Shown here: in pieces, positions 1 to 15,559 of the stretch
Layout of the letters: each line of letters starts with the position of its first letter
Position numbering within the stretch: position 1 is the stretch's first letter
NCBI RefSeq assembly: GCF_009914755.1
Contig: NC_060925.1
From: the human T2T-CHM13v2.0 reference genome, Homo sapiens
DNA: 64,000 nucleotides
Direction: 5' to 3' (one strand)
Notes under the pieces: generated by a model
What the model was told of the DNA's origin: nothing
The model's input: only the letters and a program-made list of their open reading frames with translations
Databases searched by the model: none
Program-made: the position numbers and the translations under genes

Positions 1-78
1 CTGGAACTCCTGGGCTCAAGTGATCCTCCCAACTTGGCCTCCCAAAGTGCTGGGATGACAGGCATGAGCCACCACCTA
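1..78 (-). mobile_element. Alu (left-arm end, AluJ-like), cut by the window edge
   Basis: ctcctgggctcaagtgatcctccc...ccaaagtgctggga. Confidence 0.9.
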
Positions 79-149
79 AGGTGAAATTTAATAAATGTGA
101 ATTCCTGCACCTGGATCTAAAACTTTAGCTGCCCCAGTACAGGATAGGA

Positions 150-790
150 GAGCAAGATATCTATTCAGCAAACATCTCCGGACTATCAAGCAAATGCTAG
201 GTACTGTGCTTGACAGGGGACATAAAGCAGGAAACCAGGGAGACACATTCTTTGCCGTCATGGAGTTTACACATGGGATGACAAATTTTAAACAAGTAAC
301 CAAATATAAGTGAAATGCTGTAGAGAACAATATAGAGTCCAATGGAGACCTCACCTGGTCAGGACCATAGAGGAGCACTCTATGAGGAAGTGATGTATAA
401 GCTGACCTGAAAGACTGCTGGAGTTTTCTAGGCAGAGTCAAGGGTTGGGCCTCTGTGGGTGTGGGTGGGGGCAGGGGTGAGATAGCGTTTTCAGCATTGT
501 TATCATTACTTCCTTAGGCAAGTCTTCCTTGACTTCTCTGAAGAGGTCACATCTTCTGTGGCCACATGGATCGCTCGTACAGAACTTACCTCTACTGCAG
601 ATTCATGTTTATTTCTGCCATGACTTGATCAATGCCCAAGGCCCCCACTAGACTGTATGCACGGTGAAGAGACCTGTCCCTGTGCTCATCAGTGTATTTC
701 TACTGCCTAGTACAGTACCTAGCATGTAATAGGCTCTCAATTGATGTCTACTGAATGAATGAGTGAATGAATGAATGAATGAATGAATGA
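150..790. mobile_element. L2 fragments (minus then plus) ending in a (TGAA)n tail
   Basis: L2 3' motifs ctagactgta...cctagcatgtaataggctctcaat and TGAA repeats at 752-790. Confidence 0.7.
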
Positions 791-859
791 AGTGGGTATT
801 CCAATCAGAGAGAACAAGCACCAAAGACCAATGTGTCTGGGAACACAGTGAAGGGGAGA

Positions 860-1045
860 CTGAGTGTCTCAGAAAATCTGAGTGTTTGGTCAACTGCCAG
901 CTATGCATGAAACAACAAAGCAAGATGGCCGCAACTTTAGGATTTATTAAGAAAAATCTTGTCTCTACTCTGTCTTGGCCAGACTAAACCTACAGTGTTG
1001 TTTTCTTTCCTGGGTGCCACACTTTAGAAAAGACCATGACAAATG
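860..1045 (+). mobile_element. L3/CR1 fragment
   Basis: ggccagactaaacctacagtgttg...ctgggtgccacactttagaaaagaccatgacaaa resembles the CR1 RT 3' region. A related piece lies at ~82-135. Confidence 0.65.
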
Positions 1046-1079
1046 TTTGCAAAACATTTCCATGTGGGAAGCTCCATCA

Positions 1080-1297
1080 CATGATGGAAGGATGGTGGGA
1101 TTTGAATCAGATGGACATGGTTTGAATTCCAGCTCTGTCGCGTGTTCACTGAATTGGACAAATCGCTGAACTTCTAAGAGCCTCTTTTCCTATCCATAAA
1201 GTAGGACTAATAATATCCAGAGTCCTGAAAGCTAAATGGAATGACATGCAAAATGCCTAACATGGAGCCTGGCACACAGTAGGCACCCAATAAATGT
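1080..1297 (+). mobile_element. MIR
   Basis: ggtttgaattccagctctg...cctggcacacagtaggcacccaataaatg. Confidence 0.8.
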
Positions 1298-3399
1298 GAG
1301 GCCCCATACCTATTAGAAGAAGCAGAACTCAGAGCATTTGAGTTACAGAAGACTTCTTGAAGGGGGTAAAAGTCGAACTGGTCACTTAAGGACTGGAGGA
1401 TTCTATTTTATTGAAGAAAAGAGAGACCTTAATTGAGGTGGGTGGACAATAGTTGAGCACAGCACTGGGCTGGGCTCTATGCATGGACAGAGAGAACCAA
1501 GTAGAGACCAATCTGAGCTTCAGGTAGAAACATCCCTCCTGGGGGGGCGGGGGGACCTTCTGTGCTTGATGTCACCTTCCCAAAAGGAATGCAATGCCCG
1601 GGGACCATCTTTGACTAGTATACCCATTTTGGAAAGTAGGGAAACTCGATCTTAGTTTATAATTTGCTCACAAACTTAGATAACCTCTGAGACCCTGCCC
1701 TCCTGGAGCTGGTGTGGTACATACATTCCACTAATGGTAGTTAGAGCAAGTAGGACTGTGTGTGCATGCATGCATATGCTTAAGCACTCACAAAGCCAAA
1801 ACAAAGCGTGCTACCCACACTGGCCTTGGAGCTTGGCAGTCACAACCAACAGCAGCCCATCCAGAGAGCAGCTTTGGGTCTGGAAGGACTAGTAAGGGAG
1901 AAGGAAGGCGAGAGATGGGGAAGAACATATGTTCAAAAATAAACACTGCCTCCTGCTAAATGGTCTAGAAAGCATCTGTAAGAGGGGCTCTGGGCTGTGG
2001 GGTTTCCGAGGATGGTGAGTGTGGGAATGTTTTGTCTGTAGAGTTGGGGCTGGGGGCTTCCACATCCTGCCCACTGCCACATCTGGGGAAGTCATCTGCA
2101 CTGGGCTGATGGCTCCCCGAGCACTCCTGCTTTAATGGCTCGTGGTGCCGCAAGAAGTGGCCCTGTAATGGCCATTCCAGGCTGCCCCGGGGAAGGGTCT
2201 GGGCAGGCCCCAGGCAGCCTGTTTGCTCTCCTCCCACCCCAGGCCAGCCAGCACCTTTCACCTCCTCTTTGCCTAGGTGAGCTGGCCTGAACCCTAGTTG
2301 GGAGCCTCCAGCTGTGGGGAGACAGTGGGACTAGAGGCCTTGGACATTTAGAGTGGGGATAGGACTTGGTCCCGTGCTTCCTGAATGCCATCCCCTTGCT
2401 AAGGCACAGGCTCCTGCATCTGTCATTGTTTGCGTTCTTCTCTTGACACAGCTCTGCCAAAACCTCATCTCTTTACAAAATGAGGCTAATGGTTATGGGG
2501 TCAGGTCCAAGACCAAGTGGTGCAGAAGGAGCAGGAACACCATGCTTTGAAAGAACCTGCTTCGCATGGTGTTAGGGAGAGGTATGGAAGGAGAAAGCAG
2601 AGAAATGTGCTGAGGCAGCTCAGAGGGCTCCCGCCTCTGCTATCCCCCAGGGCCCAAGAGGATCCATTGGTCATTTCTGCCCTCACAATCCAGCATCCAG
2701 CGCAGCCCCATCCCCTCGTCCATCCCGAGCCTGAGACATAGCTGCAGGTGCAGACAAACCTGCTCGCCAGTGACCTCTGGCATGGGGTATTTTAATGGCA
2801 TAGTCCGCTTGCCTTGCTCAGGTCCCTGGGGAATTAGCTGGGGGACCCAAGAGCAGCGGCATTGTGAGTCGAGATACCTGCAAGTTGTAAGGATTGAGCG
2901 ATGGGTCCTAGCTTCAGCAAGGGGGAGACTCCCCCTGCCACTCTGGTGCCCCAGCAGCAGCCTGGCTAGAGTGGGGGCCCAAATGTGAATGGGGGGATGC
3001 TGGAGGGGGGCAAAGGGAGGGGAGGGCTTGCACTGGCTCCTCTCAGCAAGGGCTCGTAAAGCTGCAGGTGTGAGATGTTGTTATTTAGTCTAGAGCCTGG
3101 TATGTGACAGCCCGGGCCCTCTCTCCTGCGAACTGCCGCCGCCACCGCCTCTGCTGGCCAGATAATTAGTCCATTACGACTCTCCCACCTCGGGTAGGTG
3201 GGGGCAGGGTGAGAGCCCACCCTCAGACTCCTTGTAATTCAACTTCCTGTGTTTTATGGAAGCAGGCTGTTGGGGGCAGAGAGTGAAAGGCCGGTCCCTA
3301 GGCTTGGCCAACCCCTTCCTCAACTCCCAGCCCCCACCTCCCTCCTTCCACCCAAACCCGGTTGCTGTGGTGACCAAATGTTATTTCCCAGCTTCGTGT

Positions 3400-4090
3400 T
3401 GGAACTGCTTTGTAAAAGTTTTTTACATCTCTTACCTGCCTCAAACACGAATGCAGGCTGGTCTATCTCTCCCTGCGTCTTGCTCTGCCCGTCTCTTCCT
3501 CCGCATCTCTCCTCTGTCTCTCTCTATTTTTATTACACGCTTATCGCCTTTTTCCCTCCTGCTTTTGAAATTGATTTCCTTTCCTTTCTCCCCCTATTCA
3601 GGACCTAAACGCTGAATGTTCGATATTTCATTTGAGACCGCTAATCGCATTACTGCCCTTGACGTTTTACAGATATCATATTATGGGCGCAAATTTGGCA
3701 AATTATTAGCGCTGTAATGTATAGCTTGTCAGAGGTATTTAAGACGCTAAGAGCCCAAGGCTTATCGGGGTTAGCAGAGAGCTCTCGTTGAGCTTTTGAA
3801 ATGCAGAGAGCCAGTTATAAAACACACTGTGACTCTCTCTTCAGCTGGTGAAAAAAAGGAAAAGAGAAAAAGAGAAAGAAAAAGAAAAAAAATGTCACCC
3901 GTCTATCAGAGGCTTCCAGGGCTGATAACAAGCAAAATTCTTCTCTGTGGGTTTCACTGGAAATGTGAGAAGCTTTTAAAACATTTCTCAAGCTGTCTGG
4001 AAAAGAAAAAAAATCTTTATTGAAAGGATGTAGCAATCTTTTTTACTGTGGCCTATTTATCTCTGGGGAAAAAGCTGTAACAAGAAGATC
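3400..4090. promoter_or_regulatory. Conserved non-coding element / probable ultraconserved enhancer (core ~3520-3800)
   Basis: Repeat-free, AT-rich with unusually many retained CpGs. P3 homeodomain palindrome TAATCGCATTA 3642-3652, CTTATC (GATA) x2, TTGTCA (MEIS-like). Conservation is inferred, not measured. Confidence 0.75.
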
Positions 4091-4449
4091 CCCTACTGGT
4101 CACCAGCCGTGTCAGGGCCTGCCTGGCTTTGGTGCCAGGACTTTGGTGTGGGGGGCTTGCTGAGCGAGAGGGGGGCCACCTTTGGCAAAACGGGGAAAGG
4201 CTGCTGGCTGGTGTGCATTCCTGTGGAAGAGGCAGCGTCCTGCACGCCTAGCACAGCGCTCAGGGCTCAGCAGACGCATCTCATCAAATCCTTTTTGAAT
4301 GAATGGTTGAATGAACCAACCAACAAACACACACAAAAAATAACAGAACCTTGAAACTGCTGCCCCGCTTTGGTCTGCCTAACTGTGCCAGGTGCCTGTT
4401 TACCCCCCTACTACTGTAGCAAGTGACTTTTGCTGATACCACTGTCCAC

Positions 4450-6230
4450 ATGTGTTCCTTCACCCTCATACAAACATCCCTGCTCTTTTGAGGCCATTCG
4501 ATCCTCTCTACTTACTTGTCACTGTCATCTGCTGATGACATCTCCCCTCTATTCAGCAGGAACGTTGGCACTCAGTATCTCCCTGCTCACCCCTATTCTG
4601 CGTTCCTCCTGTGAATTTCAGCACCCACATGGACTGTCCACATCCTGGGATCCTCTGCTGCAGCATCCTGCACTCCTACAGCAGATTCCATGGAAACACA
4701 GCCCCGCCCTCAGTCTGACCATCTCCCACAATTTCTTCGTCTCAAAAATAATGAACTCTGAATCCCATTTTGTAAGCTGCGTCTGCTGTCCTTATGTCCG
4801 TTCTCCTTCCTCACTGCCACTGAATCTGTTTTTGACCTCCGTTAGACCTTCAGTCCCTGGACCATTCCTAATTTAACAAGCCCACCATTCCCCTCCTAGC
4901 TTCACTTTCTTTCCTGCCCGACCTTGACCCTTTGATCAATATCTTTAAAGAATTTCTTCGTGCCATTTCCTCACCCTTTTGCCTTTCTGTCCCACCTGTT
5001 TGCCTACCTCAAATCCCAAATCCATGAAAGCATTTACTTTCTCCTCTATTTCCGGCCTGTGATGCTCCGGGGAGAAAAGCGCATAACCATTTCAACTGGT
5101 GTCACCACTAACAGACCCTGACTAAGTCTCAACAGTCTGCGTACTTGTCCCAGAATGACTTCCCATTTCCCACAGCAGTTGTTGTAAACCCTTCCCTCTC
5201 TCAAAATATTTCTCTTCACTGCCTCTGTTTACCTCATTCTCTGTAGATGACTTCATTTCCTGCTTTTCAGAGAGAATAAAGGCCAAACAGCCACAACTTT
5301 TCTCCCTCCCTAACCTTGGCCTCACCCTGGAGGCCATCTTCACTGAATTGTCCCCTAACTCAGTACTACTCAGTACTTGTGTCCTGACTCAGTACTACTC
5401 AGCACTTTTGTCCTAACTCAGTACTATCCAGTACTTGTGTCCTAACTCAGTACTCATCCTTCCACCTGGGCCCATCACTCCTCCTCCTTCAATCTGGCAC
5501 CACCATCTCTTCTCTCACATTTTAAATATCCCTCTTCCTACCAATGCCTTTCTCTCTGCCTTCACACACCCTCAAATCTCCCCTTTAAATCTTCTTTTAA
5601 TCTTAACTTCCAAGCACATTACTCTCCCCTCTTCCTCTTTCCCTTTACTGATAAACTTGTTCAAAAGACATCTCACTCACATTGCCTCCACTTCCCCACC
5701 TCCCATTCAGTCAGCCCATTCACTCAATGAGCTCTATCCCACTTCTTCACTGACATTCTGATCACCTCTTCTTTCTTCAAAGCCGCTCTTCCCTTAGCTT
5801 CTCTGACTCATCTCTTTGGATCTTATCTACTTCTACTCCTGCTCATTCTCCTTCCCCAGCTTCTGCTTGATGTGCCCCTTCAGTATCGCTGCTTCCCAGA
5901 GTACACTGCTTCACTTCTCTCCTTACTTACGCATCTTCCCGGGGTGAGCTCATCATGCCTGTAGTTTCACCTGCCACCTAAACACTGATGAATACCATGG
6001 CTGCAACTTCAGCCTCAACCTCTCTCCTGAGCTTCATGCCCATATTCCAGCTGCCAACTCACTATCTCTCCTTGAATCCTTGCAGAGCACCTCCAGACTC
6101 AACATATTCAATACTGACATCATTATATTCTTCCAAGCCTGCAACTTAAATGATCCATCAGCACCATCTAACCACACAAGCAGAAACCTAGTTTGACCTA
6201 GAGTCTTCCCTTTTTCTTTCCCCGTTATCT
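4450..6230 (+). mobile_element. Degraded L2 body
   Basis: C/T-rich L2 ORF2 remnant, e.g. ctcctgagcttc...cacctccagactcaacatattcaa. Confidence 0.6.
5354..5454. repeat. Minisatellite, 29-bp unit x3.5
   Basis: CCTAACTCAGTACTACTCAGTACTTGTGT units start at 5354, 5383, 5412 and 5441. Confidence 0.95.
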
Positions 6231-6363
6231 GTCCTCTTTCACCAAAGGAAGGAGGAAAGGAAGGAAGGAAGGAAGGGAGGGAGGGAGTAAATAAGTAAAA
6301 CTTGGGAAGTAGGAGAGAAGTGAGTTCCTTGCCTTGTACCTTATATCAGAATTAATGAATTAA

Positions 6364-6478
6364 GCCAGGCACTATGATGTACACCTGTAATCTCAGCCAC
6401 TCGAGATGCGGAGATGAGAGAATCGCTTAAGTCCAGGAGTTCAAGACCAGCCCAGAAAACATAACGAGACCCTGTCTT
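6364..6478 (+). mobile_element. FLAM monomer
   Basis: Single Alu arm ending gagaccctgtct. Confidence 0.8.
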
Positions 6479-6523
6479 ATTTTTTTTTTAAGTAATGCAT
6501 TAAATAGATGAATTAAAAATTTA

Positions 6524-6838
<315 letters not shown>

Positions 6839-7161
6839 GTTAAATGCAAAGGGTAAAAATCATAGCTATGTATCTGGAAAGAACTTTCATAGTGTGAATG
6901 CAATGAAGTCACCAAAAATTCTAAATTACTATACAACAACAAAAGCCCCACCATAAACAAAAATAAAAGGCAAATGCCACCTGAAAAACAAAGATTTGCA
7001 GTAAGTATAGCAGAACATTTGATGTCCGTAATATGTAAAGAGTGCTTACAAATCAATAAAAAGCACTAATAGCTCAATATAAAATGGACTAAGTAATGAA
7101 CAACCAGTTAATAAAAGAAATATGAACCTTCATATTAATATAGTTCATGTAAATTAAATGA

Positions 7162-7798
<637 letters not shown>

Positions 7799-8151
7799 AG
7801 AATTGGCAACTTTTAAAATTATAAAGTTCAATGCTAATAAGGGTAGAGTTAGGCAGACATTCTTATATACTATTGGTAAAAGCATACATTTGTATAACCT
7901 TTCTAGAAGCAATTTTGTAATGTGTAGCAAAATCCTTAAAATATTCATATCCTTTATTTTAGTAATTCCCTTCTTGGAATTTATTCTAAGAAAATAATTA
8001 GATATGTGGTCAAAGATTTATGCATAAGGATCATCATTTCAGTATTATTTATAGCAGAGAAAATCTGAGAACAACCTAATGTTCCACAACAATAAAATGG
8101 TTAAATAAGTTATAGTATAATCATATGATAAAATATTGTTCAGCCATTTAA

Positions 8152-8968
<817 letters not shown>

Positions 8969-9563
8969 AAAAAATAAGCAACAACATACTTTTTTTGTGA
9001 GTATAAACGTTTAGGTATACTAACAAAAGTTGCATGAGTATAGCATTTATGATCAGACGAACCATATTCATAAAGAAATAGGTCAAAGAGGGAAATGTAT
9101 AAACACATTTCACTATAGTTGGTAATTGTGTGCCATCAGCTTTATAATTGTGGTTATCTGAAATACCATGATGAACAACCTAAGTCTTTTGACAAGATGG
9201 AGCAAAAACTACAATGGGTTACCACTGTGGGTCACCACCACATATGCAGTCACCCAAAGAGCAGAGATCTCAAGAAATTTTGTCTTTCACAAATGCAGAT
9301 GTACAAAAAGGACATCTCGTCATTTACTGAGGAAGTTTCAACATTTTTACGTAGATGCGCAATGCTGATACACAAAATCAACATTGTGATAATGCACTTT
9401 CATGGAGTCAAATCTGCAAAAAAAAAAAAGCATAAAAAGAATTACAACTCTCTTAAAAGTCTCTACACAATTTATACCTCCAGTATTGGAAATGATGCAA
9501 AGATGAAATACGTAGCACAGCAAATTATAGCAAATAATGCTGACAATTTAAAATAGTGAAAGA

Positions 9564-9882
<319 letters not shown>

Positions 9883-10014
9883 CTAACCTGTGATTGTGAT
9901 CTTGGAGATTTTGGACATTAGAGATTTACGTTTAGGGATTTTGATCTTTTGGGATGTCAACATTTAGAATTATGGCATTCAGGATTGTGTCTTTCAGAAT
10001 TATGATCCAAACCC

Positions 10015-10500
10015 TTTTAAAACACAGGTGTGACTGGGCTGCTCTTTGTAGATTCCTCCCTTGCTTCCTGTAATCCTCAAGGTAAATCCGGGGTCCTCCA
10101 GAAGTTTCACTAAGTGCTTCACAATCCAGCCCAAACTATTTCTTCTGTCCCATTTCTCATGCAGCTCATCTTCCCCTAAACTTTGTCTGCTTTTGCATGA
10201 TTCCATGGCTTTGCAGGTCTTGTCCTTTCTACCTGTTGTCCTGTTATTTCCCTTTTCCATCTAGGAAGATTATTTATTCAAAACTCAGCTCCAGTATCAT
10301 CTCCCTCGTGGACTCACTCCGTTCCAAGCATTTAGTTGCTCTCTCTGATGTGTGTCCAAAGCTCTTTGCCAGTTAACCCCATTAGACTGTAAGAGCACAG
10401 AGGCCAAAGTCTTTTCCTTATTTTTGCTTATTTTCTCAGCAGCTAGCACAATGCCTGGCAGGTAGTGGGTGTTTGAGGAATATCAGATCAGTTATTAAAT
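10015..10500 (+). mobile_element. L2
   Basis: attagactgtaag...ctagcacaatgcctggca. Confidence 0.65.
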
Positions 10501-10569
10501 TGAAGATTTCTGACTTTTCCCTTCCCCTGTGATGAGAGAGAACAGGAGAAAGACAGCCCCCAAAGCCAT

Positions 10570-11300
10570 GACACTTTGGGGTCAGAAGAGCCCTTCAAGA
10601 TGATCTGGTCTCTTCTTCCATGTTTGAATTCCCTCCATTAGGACCAATTATCATCCAATCACTGCTTGAATACCTCTTATGAGGGGGAGCTCATTATTCT
10701 TCAAAGCAGTACTCTGATTGTTAGAAAATACTTTCTTAAAATGAGCCTAAACTAGCTTTAACTTTCACCAACTGTTCTTGGTTTGGCTCATAGGGGACAT
10801 ACAAGAATCAGCTTCCTCTGCCTGTGTCACCCCTCTCTAAGCCTCCTCTTTCTGCCCCCCTTTTTTCTAAGGTGCTGAGTCTCACTCCCCCTTCTACTGT
10901 ACTGCTTTATCCCTCTAAAGTCAGTGCAGATGACCTCTCTCTCAATTAATACTCTACTGCTGATGATTCATAATGATGTTTTACATATGTACGCTCTTTA
11001 TGGTTTACAACGGGCCTTCACATACATTTATTATTATTTTGAGCTCACAAAGAATGGTGCCCAGACCTGCCCTGTCCAAGGTGGCCAAACCAGGACACAG
11101 CAGGGTGAGCCTGTCACCACTTTATGAATGCGGCTGGAAGTCACATTAGCTGCTGACTCATACTGACCTTATCAACTAAAACCCCTACCTTGTCTCATTG
11201 CTGAGTCATGTCTCTTTCATCCTGTCCTTATGCTGTTTTTTTAGATAGAAATTCAGACTCTTACATTTATTGTTATCCTTACTTCTACTATTTATTAAGT
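10570..11300 (-). mobile_element. L3/CR1 fragments (with MIR pieces)
   Basis: cttgaatacctc...gagctcatt...gttagaaaatactttctt. Confidence 0.55.
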
Positions 11301-11954
11301 CCCCACTATATACCAGAGGTGGACACTTCAGACATATGTGTATTTTGGCATCTTTTATCACGTGGTTTATTCCTTATTAAAACTGTGGGTGAGCATTATG
11401 AGCTCATTTTGCAGGTGGGAAAGCTGAAGTTAAGAAAGGGAAGCAACTTTTGCAAAGTTGAATAGCTTATAAGAGGCCGAATTGTTTTATGACTTCAAAG
11501 CCTTGCTTTGTTCTGTTTTGTTTGAATTATAACAGTGTGCCTTTCAAAGGGGAAGGAGGAGCAGAACAGTAGGACTTGAGTGCTTGTTGTATGACTGATG
11601 CAGTGATAGGAGCATTGCCTTCATTATCTCCGTTAAGCCCCACAGCAATCTTATGAAAAACACCAGTCATCTACTTGCTATCCACCTGTGTCTCCTGCAA
11701 ATGGGAACAGCTCAAAGCAGAAGGGTATACTGAGGCTTTCTGCTGAATGGTCCTGCCCCTGAAGACCTTCTTGTCACAGCAGGGGAGGAAGAGGGGAGCT
11801 CCAGCTCCCTAGGGGAAGTCGGTGCAGCTGCGTTGCTCTGTAGGATTGAGCCACTGAGTCCCTGGACCTGGTCAGTCCCTGCTTGCACCTTTAAAGACCA
11901 GACTAAAAGGAAGGAGGAAATAGATGGCAATAAAATGGTGGACTTCCAATGTCA

Positions 11955-12395
<441 letters not shown>

Positions 12396-12866
12396 GTTTT
12401 AGTCCAGGTTGGTTCTCCCAAACTATGGAATAGATAGAAACATGTATTAAGTACTTGCTTTCGGCCAGTACTTCATACTGAGTTGCAGGGACCACAAAGA
12501 ATAAGACACCTGCCCTGAAGAGGTTCAAAAGCTATTGATTGACATGAGATAGAAGTACAGGGTGCTTCCAGCACATGAAGGGTCACCTAGATCAGACAAG
12601 GGATGGACTGTCAGAAAAGGCTTCTGCAGGAGATAGCACCTGACCCAAGTTAGGAGGAGTTGGCACTGGAAAAAAGTGGATAAGCATTCTAAGTAGAGGG
12701 ATCAGAATGAGCAAAAGCAGAGAGGTAAAAGAAAGCATCCATTTTTAGGGGGAATTTGACCCAAGTCAGCATTGCAAGGACATAGAGGTAGGGCCTAGGA
12801 GATGAGCCCGAAGAAGGAGGTGGATGCCACTTCATGGAAGATCAGCTGAAGAGTCTGAACTTGATT

Positions 12867-13161
12867 ATTTTTATTGAGACAGACTCTTGCTCTGTTGCCC
12901 AGGCTAGAGTGCAGTGGCACAATCTCAACTTACTATACCTTGGCCTCCCGGGTCCAAGTGATTCTTGTGCCTTAGCCAACTGAGTAGCTGGGATTACAGG
13001 TATGTGCCACCATGCTTGGCTAATTTTGTTTACTTTTTGTGCATGGAGGTTGGGTTTCGCTATGTTGGCCAGGCTGGTCTCGAACTCCTGCGCTCAAGCA
13101 ATCCTCCCGCCTCAGCCTCCCAAAGTGTTGGGATTACAGGTGTGAGCCATTGCACCTGGCC
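12867..13161 (-). mobile_element. Alu (J/S)
   Basis: Dimer flanked by CTGA(A/G)CTTGATT. Confidence 0.9.
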
Positions 13162-13172
13162 TGAGCTTGATT

Positions 13173-13359
13173 TTTTTTTTACATTTCTATTATTATTATT
13201 ATTTTTAATTTTATTATTATTATACTTTAAGTTTTAGGGTACATGCGCACAGTGTGCAGGTTTGTTACATATGTATACATGTGCCATGTTGGTGTGCTGC
13301 ACCCGTTAACTCGTCATTTAGCATTAGGTATATCTCCTAATGCTATCCCTCCCTTCTCC
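13173..13359 (-). mobile_element. L1PA 3' end, heavily 5'-truncated
   Basis: ttattatactttaagttttagggtacatg...ctaatgctatccctccc. Confidence 0.95.
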
Positions 13360-13943
13360 CTGAACTTGATTCTTTAGTCAATTCAAATTACGATTGCATC
13401 TAAATACCAAATATCACTTCTTCACTGCTGGACTTTGACAAAGCATTGGCATTTAATCTGGTTTGGAGATGTTAATGGCCTTTCAGCCCATTGTTCTTTC
13501 CTTAGATTTGGGGATTATCAAGTATCAGAATGAGGTGGTCATTCCTTTATCATCACTGCCATCATCATCATCATGGTTGCCATCATAATAGCCGAATTAT
13601 GAAACCTAGAATTGTATATGGAAGAGAAAGGTGATCCTCCAGTTCATTAACCTCAAGTCTGTGATACATCAAAGCACACCCATTAGAAAATAGTCAAATC
13701 ATTACGTCTCTAGTCATTTGTTATCTGATACGGACAGACATTTAAAGATTGGAGAGAACTAAAACAACAAAGAACATACCTGGAACAGAAATTTACTAAA
13801 TGTTTTTAAGCTCTTCAAGTGGAGATGCTATTTAGAGCGGGAAAGGGGGAGCTATTGAGTTGTCCAGACTCGTTGTGACCAGGGAGCAAGTTACTGCTAA
13901 TCTCCGTAGGAGGAGTAAAGCTTTCTGGCTTCATCGGGGGTAG

Positions 13944-14321
<378 letters not shown>

Positions 14322-15559
14322 AGGAGGCAGCTTCTTCTGAGAAATTTGTGAGAACTCCCACTGATGTTCCTTGTCTTGTTTACTATTAGGGTTCTTTGAG
14401 AGGAGCCCAGAGCCCAGGCCAGATGTGTTCACAATTTGAATTTAGTTTGTGAATTAGCACATCCACTATGGATCTCTAAAGGAAATGTGGCTGTTCATGT
14501 TAGTCTTTGAAGTTAATGTGTATTTCCTAATACCCACATCAGTCCTTCGATACACCAGCACAGCACAGGCAAAGTGGGACTGACCCGCCATCCTTCTGCG
14601 CAGCTCCTGGGTGACTACTGAAGCTGATGTCTACTTAGTAGAGGTCTGGGAGATTGTATGGGGTCTGGCTGGGACTTCTGGTCAGCGAGCAGACCTTTGA
14701 AGAATTGGCTTCTTCAAACCTGTGGCCCATTCCCAACAGTGAGGCTGCTGGGAGCTGGCTACGTGCTGTGGGTCCAGGCAGTTCAAGAGGCCTTCCTAGA
14801 ATATATGAGAACTCTGCAAATTTTCCTTCAGCCTGGGGAGCGGTGAGAAAGGATGAAGTGTAACAGGGCCCTGAAACCTCATCCCAACTCGCTATTAAGC
14901 AAGGGTGCTCTTTTCTAATCTAATAGAGTAAAACTGAGAAAGGGGTCTTCTCTACTTCCCAATTCCAGGGCCTTCCTGCATTCGCTGGTGATGATGGAGT
15001 AGGGTGACCTTAGGAGGTGTGACTTGGGCCCTACAGGCTGTCTGGGAAAGTCAGAGCTTCCCTCCATACTCCTCCCAGAACACTGAGTGGGTGGCTGTGT
15101 TGTGAGAGTCCCTTGAGAGCCCAGAGGCAGAAACGAACTCTTTGCAAGAACGACGCATCTCCAGAACATCTTCTCAGAACAAGGCTGCCTTCACTAGAGC
15201 TCATTCAGTAAGTGCTTTAGGAATAAGGCAGTGGGGGTGAAACATTGCTTTGAACTGGGCTACCTGAACAGCAAGCTTGGAAGCCTGGAGAGCAGCAAGT
15301 GGTGCAGATTTACAAGACCTCATTAAACAGTCCGTGGGATTGATACAGGCCTTTATACTTGGAGGTTCTGGGCTGTCCAGCAGGCTGTGGGCCCTGTGTC
15401 CCCAGGGCCCTGGAACATGGGCCTGCAGCCTTTCTCAGCTCTCACCCTTGTCGCTTTCCTCTGGGGCTGCGGAGCTGGGGAAGGACGGATCTCTTTGCTT
15501 CACTCTCATGAAATGGCGCATCAGTAAGTGCTACTTAAGAAAACACATGGTCTGCCCCT

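Noticed and set aside
9119-9556. 145-aa ORF as possible transposase
   Set aside because: No recognisable DDE/MULE motifs; chance ORF in a non-autonomous Ricksha remnant.
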